From the human T2T-CHM13v2.0 reference genome, Homo sapiens: a stretch of DNA of 64,000 nucleotides. The stretch is taken from NCBI RefSeq assembly GCF_009914755.1, contig NC_060937.1, one strand, 5' to 3'. The first letter of the stretch is position 1, and every line of letters begins with the position of its first letter. The position numbers and the translations under genes were made by a program. Under the pieces are notes generated by a model. It ran no database searches. It was not told where the DNA came from and saw nothing but the letters and a program-made list of their open reading frames with translations. Positions 55,383-64,000 of this stretch are shown in pieces.

Positions 55383-56434
55383 TTAATTTAAAACATGAAG
55401 TTTGAAAATGATCATGCTCACTGAAAGCTTAGCTGTATAATTCAAATGGCTTTTCAAAGAACTATATATAATAAAACCAAAAGGCATTTCAACCAAGCAA
55501 GGATCAAAAAAATAAAAATAAAAAACAAAACCAAAAGGCCCTCCTAATGTCCTTCTTAAGGGGGAAAAAAAAAACCTAACACATTATGAAAAAACATCTG
55601 GCATAACGTCACAATCTGAACCACAGCCCAAAGCAAAATAATCAGAATATGATAAAATTCCAATGTCAAAGTAACTGAAAGTTCACTGAAGACCAATTAA
55701 TCTAATCTGGAAATCAGAGGGACAATTTGGTGCCTTATCTGAAAAGTGGTCACTTTTAGAACAAAATTCTCTTGGTGTTACACTTTACAATTAATTACCA
55801 ACACACACACAAAATTCCAGCTATGTGAGTTCCTTGTAGAATTCACATTATCATCATATTAAATTTTTACACCTCTTTAATGAAACTGAAGTGTTTCTAT
55901 TTTTAAATTATTTTCATATTCACCATTAACAGAAATGTTCATATTCAGTATTAATAGAAATATTTTAATATGTGAAAATTACTCAAAAGGCAGTGAGTCT
56001 GCTTAATTTTGAAGATTTCAGACTCATGTTCAAACTGCAGGACTACCTACCTTTAAACACGGTATGCTATCTTAAAATATAAATAGCAATAGAATGAAAG
56101 GAAATTCTATTTTAATCATCTGTAAGTTATGCCTCTATAATTTTCCTTTTTTTTTTAACCTTTCCTTTGGTTCTGAGATGCTTTTATAATTGGACTTGAA
56201 AGACATATCAATTAGAATACTTCTAAAATGCACATTCAGGAAAGATAATTGTAAGAGAGATAATTTCTAATATTCTACCAAAACATATCATAAGGAAGAA
56301 AACTGGGATCAAAATCTGTTTTTATCACTAGGTCATCACTATCTGAAGGACAAATGCTTTAGCAGGTTAAAAAACTACTTTAAAAAAACCGCACATCCTG
56401 CCTAGCAAAAGTATTTTGTGGCAGCTGTGCTCTA

Positions 56435-56638
<204 letters not shown>

Positions 56639-57605
56639 TTAACAAAATCAGGCTTGAATTAACCTTTTGGTGCTCTTTCTGCATTATGATTCTGAATAAA
56701 TGGAGAAGGCTCACAAAACTATAGCCACTACGTATGGGACAGCTATGTAAACTTAATTTTTATTTACTACTATGTTTTATGCAAATTAATTCATATTTTA
56801 AAAATGGGTGACCTATAACACAATAAAAGCACTTAAATATAAAACAAGTACTTTTGAATACTTAAGAAATAAAAATATTTAAATAAGTAGTATATAAAAC
56901 CATTAAATGCAAATATATAAAACACAGAAGCATACAGTTTCCACTAAGTAGAAGTCTAACCTAAAGAATTTGGGGCATTCTCTTTGGTTGTATCTAAGAA
57001 GTGCACATTTCTTAAATATTTTATAGGCTAAATAAGATACAAACAAGTTCAACAGCTCTAAGCTGAAATGTTGAACCTAAAAATATCTAATTGGTAAGAC
57101 GAAGTAAGCAATTTGGACATTTTCTATAAATCCAATTCAACAGCTCCTTAAAAACCACAACAAAGTCCATGATTTTAAAAATGCTTATAATTTAAAATAA
57201 AACCTACCTACTTACAGATTTAACAAATCATGTCATCAAATCTTATTTAGCAAAAATAACAGTAAATTTTTTTAGAATCTCAAAAAACAAAGTGTTTTGA
57301 ATATCTTATATTTAGTAAATATATATTAAACATATATCATACACACATACAGAAAGAAGTGATAAATTCTTAATCTGTCATCACCATAGAATCAAAACAC
57401 TAAGCAATCTGAACATTTTTTAAAAAGGCAAACAACTTTTAACCACTTTGATGTTAAACTAGTAAAGAGAGACTTAAAATGTTAGTCTTTTCAGTGTAGA
57501 GAAAACCCTCATAATTTGACTTAAGACAGAATTAGATAAATTTTTACAGTATGTGTACCTCTTCAACAAAACAAATTAGCTACCACAGAGTTGATCCCAT
57601 TTAGA

Positions 57606-57815
57606 CTAGAGGTTGCAAATTTTCTTTCTTAATGGGCCAGATAGTATTTTACGCTTGTGGGCCAAATAGTTTGTGCTGCAATACTCAATGTGTCTTTGTA
57701 CCTGTGAGGCAGGCCTAGACAACATACAAACCAACAGGTGTGATGGGTTCCAATAAAAATTCATTTATAAAAACATGCAGTAGGCCACATTTAGCTGGTG
57801 GAGAGTGGCTTGCCA
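57606..57815. mobile_element. MER58A-like hAT-Charlie
   Basis: ggttgcaaattttc...gggccagatagta...ttccaataaaa...ttgccaa. Confidence 0.7.
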
Positions 57816-58733
57816 ATTCCAATTTAGAATCTTCATATATGTAGCTCTCTTATTTTAGTTCTGTCACTGACATGATGAATATGTACATTCTATTGCTTGT
57901 AGTGATGGTTTCATGAGGTGTTTCTATAATGCACATGTCAAAACTTAAAAAATCTATAAACATGTACAATTTATTGTATGTCAAGTATGTATCAGTAGAA
58001 CTTATGAAAAACATACTGTAAGATTTACTTATAAGTTTAAAAATAATTTTTTTCCTAATGTAAAGATTTTAAAGTTAGACACTACTGGAATTCCACTGTT
58101 TTTGGCCTAAATAGTAAAACTGTATTCATTTTTAAAGACAGACAACAAAAGCTCATAGAGACGTTTAGACCCTTCCAACCCGAGGGCTCCAAGACATCAA
58201 TAAATCGACTTCTGTTACATGTCTACTACCCATATCTTTATGCCAAATAAAAATGAATTAAGTTAAATTGGCCATGAACTCGGTTTATGACCAAGCTCAC
58301 TTTTTATTACTGTACTTGAATTTCATACATGCTCTGTAATAGCTCTGGCTTTCCAGTTTAAATCATCATGAGAAAACAGGTTACTGCTATAAATCTGTAA
58401 ATAACTTCTCAGGAGGAAGTGCTATAAATTCATAAATCACTTCTCGGGGGAAGAAGAAGCAAAAGATAATATATACTGTGGCTTTGCTTATGACTTCCTA
58501 GTGAGACAGTCTGATACTCAATATAACTGTTCCTTCACTCCTACCTCAGCAGGTGATCTCTGCCTGGTGCCAGATTAGCCAGAGCTCTGGGTCAGCTACA
58601 GAATTGACTAGGGTCAGGTTAAAAAAGATGTTAGTTCACTCACACACACAAAAATAATACTCCAAATGTAACTCCTCCAAATTCCTCTCTTCTACATTTC
58701 AAAAGCTACAACATAATAAAAATGTATACTTAC

Positions 58734-58800
58734 CTTAACTTCAGGTTCTTTTTCACATTCTTCAATATACAAGTCATAAAGTTTTTGAAATACAGATTTT
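58734..58800 (-). CDS. SUPT20H: SUPT20H exon 5
   Basis: ttttag|A AAA...AAG|gtaagt, 67 nt. Confidence 0.93.
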
Positions 58801-59076
58801 CTAAAAAAATTTAATGAAACAAATATATAAAATGTTAACAGAGTAATCATCATGACATGAATGTTATTTAATTTTTTCCTAAATTTTCACATTTTTGCCT
58901 CAATTTCCCAAAAACTGGGGTGGAGCTGAATATAGTAGCTAACATCAACTTAGAAATTCCTAATACATGCAAAGAACCTATAAAATTTCTAGCTCAGTCC
59001 CTACGAGGAATGCAATAAAAGGTAGCTATCATCATATTTCAATGAATCTAAGATGTTACCAATTAATTATTCATAC

Positions 59077-59135
59077 CTTCCACTTGATAGGTATTTCCTT
59101 TTAGGAGGTCTCTGTCGGGCACTTTCAATGACATA
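59077..59135 (-). CDS. SUPT20H: SUPT20H exon 4
   Basis: ttttag|TAT...GGA AG|gtatga, 59 nt. Confidence 0.93.
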
Positions 59136-59762
59136 CTAAAAAACAAAAGTTTATGAGAACAGCTTGCTTTTTGCTTTTGACTATGAACAACTGTATTGAG
59201 TATATCTAAAACATACGTAAGGCTAAAAAGGCTATTCACTTAACTCTCTGAATTACATCTTGTAGGAAAAACTACTTAACATCTAAAGATAAGTTTCAAA
59301 CAAATGAAATTTGAACTGCACCACGATTTAGCAGAGTATTTCATTGCCATAAGCAAAATCATAGTTTCACAACCATGACTTCACAGGTCAGAAATATTAT
59401 CAATATATTTTATGGTTGTTCAAAATATGCTTACTGTATGAAAAATTGTATACTGTATACCTTAGCTATTTTTTCCTTTGAGTAATTAGAAAACTTGTCA
59501 AAACAGGAAAATACAATTTTAGAAATTCTATATCCTTCTTCAAGTAAGTTTTATTCTGTAACATTATTATCTTGAGGATTCCAAGTAACAGGTGATCCAA
59601 ATATCACCTGGTATTTTTATATATTTACAGCAAAATGATATGCATACTTGTCCTAAAATAGTAATGTGCTCCTTTAAAAATCACATACAAAAATCTCTTA
59701 AAACTGAGCTTTTGTCAATTAAAGACAACACTATTTCAATATGTAACTTAGTCACACCTCAC

Positions 59763-59798
59763 CTCTGCACGATCCAAAGCTAGTTCTAAAGCTTGTTG
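59763..59798 (-). CDS. SUPT20H: SUPT20H exon 3 (QQALELALDRAE)
   Basis: ttacag|CAA...GAG|gtgagg, 36 nt. Confidence 0.93.
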
Positions 59799-60633
59799 CT
59801 GTAAAAAGTAAATAGTATATTTGGTAATATTAGTTATTTCCACAAAAAAATTTAATATACATTTAACATTTCTAATGTTTTCTAAAACAGGTCTAATATA
59901 TTTTCCTTTATTTGTCTCCTCCACTCCACTCTATGATCAATATATATATAACAAAGAAAAAATATGAGTCTTGGGCACCTGATTACTAACAACAAACTAA
60001 ATAAGAATGCTAACACGGTCTCTCTGGTCAGTGTTTGTGAGGCTAATATAGGGGAGGTTTGGATATGGCAGCTATCATCACTTCATAGACATTAATTTTT
60101 AAGAGCACCATTCAAAAAAATATACTGGCCATAAAGTATACAATCAAAATGAAGAAAGGCTAAACTCTCCTCATCTGCTAAAAATCTTGAAAATTGAGAG
60201 TGCGGTTGTACTGGCACTTAACATTAACTTAGAAATTGCTAATATATTAATGAAAAAAACCTACAACATCTCTAGCTCAGTGCCTAGAAAGAATAAATGA
60301 TGGCTATCATTGCCATGTTTCAATGAATTTAAGATGCCATTGAAAGCATGCATCATTATTCTGCATAACATTAAGACAGAAAAAAATATGCTATCAATTC
60401 TAAGATATTCTTGAGTATCAACTCATCATCAATTCAGTAATATTAAAATATAAAAGAAAATGAACCTCAGAATTGATGAAATATATTACTGTTACTACAT
60501 GTAAGGTTTGAGATCTACTAGTAGATCCCTATCCGTTCATTTTTTAGAGACGAGGAAAAAACATGGTGAAGCTATGCTATGTCTTCATTTGTAAAGCCAT
60601 CATTTCTAAAGACACATATGAATAAAAGTACTA

Positions 60634-61000
<367 letters not shown>

Positions 61001-61436
61001 CTAGTTTTCTGTTTTATAGTCTTTTTCATTCATAATGATAGTCATTTTTAAATTTTATTAAGAGGCACAGAACTTTCAGTTTTTATTTAAAAGGACTTAA
61101 ATTCTTCTGTCTTATTTTGCAGATTCCAATACCTCAACCTACCAAATTGCATGTGGGTAAAAACTCCTACCACCCACCAAAGTCCCAGGAGGGTAAGGGG
61201 GAAAAACAAATACTGCCACCCTTTGGAAATCATGGGAACTTTTAAGTGACCACCTAGTCCTAAGGATGGAGAATTTGTATAATTCCAAAAATAGTGGGCC
61301 TTCTTGCACTGTTCAATAAAAAACCCACATTATCAAATATCTAAATATGATAAGTGAACAAAGTCTGAAATCTGCCATCTTTTCAAAACGTTCAGTTATA
61401 ATAAATCTACACTAATTTGCTTTGTTAAAAAATCTT

Positions 61437-61570
61437 GGCCAGGCACTGTGGCACATGCCTGTAATTCCAAAGCTTTGGGAGGCCAAGGTGGGAAATCAGG
61501 AGTTCAAGACCAGCCTGGACAATATAGTGAGATTCTGTCACTACCAAAAAAAAAAAAAAAAAAAAAAAAA
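61437..61570 (+). mobile_element. Alu left monomer (FLAM-like) with long poly(A)
   Basis: Single arm followed by ~25 A. Confidence 0.85.
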
Positions 61571-62687
61571 CTTATAAGAAGCGGATTCCCAATGAAACTG
61601 GTTCCCAGGATTCAAGTTAAGATTCCTGACTCCCATTTTCCCTGATCCCATGTTCCACCATGAAAACATAATTCTGTACATATACACTTCACAAATACAG
61701 AAGGTTCTTTTAAATTTTGCCCATAAAATTTGTTTGTATCAAAAAATTATAATAAACAAAATCAAATATATATAGTCTAGGACAATTTTAAACAGCCAGT
61801 CATCTCAAGTAAATATTTCATCTTCTGAAATTAAAACTTCAAAGGGTCTAGTGAGACATGCATACATACATAAATAAAAGCATCATTCATTCATTATCTC
61901 CTTCAAAAACTTAAGAGGAAAATGATTAGGTAATATAGATGCAAAATACAAGGTGTTGTCAGAACCCCACTGTGATACTTCTACTTTTCTCTAATAGGGG
62001 AGGAGTAGATAGGCAAGAACCAAGAGGAGAAGGAAGACAGATGTTTTCTGAAGTTTGTGACGCAGAATAGGGGTTATCTAAATAAATAACATGGTGGTCA
62101 ATGTTCATTTATTCTCTGTCAAATGCTGCTGCTTCTTTAAAACATTAAAAAGTGTTTTTCTCCCTTAGTCTGTCATTTCTTAATGGCAAAAGTTAAATGC
62201 CTACTCCTAACTATGTTTAGTGACTGTAAGTCAGTGAACAGAAATGTGCCATTAGAAGATTAGCACTGATGCTGCCTGAAATACGTTATATGCAGTTAGC
62301 AGGTTACATTTGTTTTTAAATTTTAATAAAATCTAAAGAAAAGCTTTAAAATACGAGAAATCTATACTCCCCAAAACTATTTGTATTTATACCCATCCTC
62401 CTTGCCAACGATTTGGAATATGGCAAAGTAGATATAGGTAAATATTTTTAATACTTCATAAATACAAGCACAGATAGATGGATGAATGTGATCACTGTAA
62501 CACTGATTAGTGAGCAATATATTTTATAGAGAAGACTTTGCAATGGGATTGCTAAGTAATTTCCCAGTTGGGATAACCTGTACAGCTTACAAGAGTATTT
62601 CTATATCTACCATACAAATATCTTTATGAAGATGAAGGAAGAGAACATTCTAAAACACAAATTCGAACATACTGAGCTGAAGCTTAC

Positions 62688-62783
62688 CATTATGGCATAA
62701 AATAAGGGTCCAAAAGAAGAGATAACTTATGTACGCTGATGAAGTGGGGTGAACACCATGCCTTTAACATCAATCTTACAGTA
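62688..62783 (-). CDS. SUPT20H: SUPT20H exon 2 (93 nt of 5'UTR plus the ATG only, at 62690-62688)
   Basis: tttcag|TAC...ATA ATG|gtaagc. Confidence 0.88.
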
Positions 62784-63224
62784 CTGAAAAGCAAAAACAA
62801 TAAAACCCCAATATTAACATAAGGCTATTAAGAGGAAAAAAAAAGAGATTACATATTTCATAATTAACAAGGAAAATTACTTATATTTTTAAGACATACA
62901 TATTTTTAAGACACTTTTTAATAATGAGTAACAATAAAATTCATGTACCACAACCTATCCACTCACTGCTGAAAAGTAGTTTCAACTAGGAAAGGCAAAA
63001 CACACTTGCCAAGTTACAATTATTACTCCTTTTCTCAAAAATACTTAACATCTCCAGAGAGAAAAAAAATACATTTTTTAAAATCTCTTCTCTATCACTA
63101 CTGTTGCTATTCTCATTTTTCCTTTGAATTATTTTAATAGCTTGCCCACTGGGCTTGATCACTATCCAGTTCACTTTACAAATCACAGATATAATCATGT
63201 CTGCTGATAAAAAATCCTCTTATT

Positions 63225-64000
63225 AATAAGAGAGGACACAAACAAATAGAAAAAAAATCCATGCTCATGGATAGGAAGAATCAATATTGTGAAAATGGCC
63301 ATATTGCCCTAAGTACTCGTAGATTCAATGCTATTACCATCAAGCTACCATTAACTTTCTTCACAAAACTAGGAAATACTACTTTAAATTTCATGTGGAA
63401 CCAAAAAAGAGCCTGTATAGCCAAGACAATCCTAAGCAAAAAGAACAAAGCTGGAGGCATCATGCTGTCTGACTTCAAACTATACAATGCTACAGTAACC
63501 AAAACAGCATGCTACTGGTACCAAAACAGATATACAGACCAACAGAACAGAGGCCTCAGAAATAACACCACACATCTACAACCATCTAATCTTTGACAAA
63601 CCTGACAAAAACAAGCAATGGGGAGAGGATTCCCTATCTAATAAATGGCCCTGGGAAGACTGGCTAGCCACATGCAGAAAACAGAAATTGGACCCCTTTC
63701 TTACACCTTAACAAAAATTAACTCAAGATGGAATAAAGACTTAAACATAAAACCATAAAACCATAAACCATAAAAACCCTAGAAGAAAACCTAGGCAATA
63801 CCATTCAGGACATAGGCATGGGCAAAGACTTCATGACTAAAGCACCAAAAGCAATTGCAACAAAAGCCAAAATTGACAAATGGGATCTAATTAAACTAAA
63901 GAGCTTCTGCTCAGCAAAAGAAACTATCATCAGAGTGAACAGGCAACCTACAGAATGGGCGATAATTTTTTGCAATCTATCCTTCTGACAAAGGTCTAAT
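63225..64000 (+). mobile_element. 5'-truncated L1PA ORF2 segment, continuing past the window edge
   Basis: Well-preserved ORF2 ([13 protein letters not shown]...[19 protein letters not shown]...[12 protein letters not shown]) with frameshifts. Confidence 0.95.

Noticed and set aside
63261-63596. 111-aa ORF
   Set aside because: Fragment of L1 ORF2.

Overview
Human (or near-identical great-ape) genomic DNA, recognisable from the encoded proteins as the ALG5-EXOSC8-SUPT20H locus (13q13.3 from recall). It contains ALG5 exons 1-5 (minus strand; the gene continues off the left edge), the complete 11-exon EXOSC8/RRP43 CDS (plus; 831 nt, 276 aa) and all 25 coding exons of SUPT20H/FAM48A (minus; 2340 nt, 779 aa; exon 1 is presumably off the right edge). 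Exon boundaries were assembled by hand and all phases and lengths close. ALG5 and EXOSC8 are head-to-head; EXOSC8 and SUPT20H are tail-to-tail, with stop codons 372 nt apart. Introns hold about 20 Alu/FLAM copies, L1/L2/MIR remnants and a Tc1/mariner nest (Tigger1 containing Tigger2a, plus a near-full Hsmar2). Best leads: (1) a 17-19 bp complementarity between the SUPT20H last exon and the branch point of the frame-switching 104-nt cassette exon 25; (2) a perfect 46-nt copy of ALG5 exon 4 in ALG5 intron 1, and other templated-insertion or fold-back scars; (3) a uORF ending in a TAATG stop-start overlap on the SUPT20H start codon; (4) a strong out-of-frame uATG 7 nt before the ALG5 start. No rRNA, tRNA or CRISPR was seen. 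Repeat subfamily names come from recalled consensus sequences and their boundaries are approximate.
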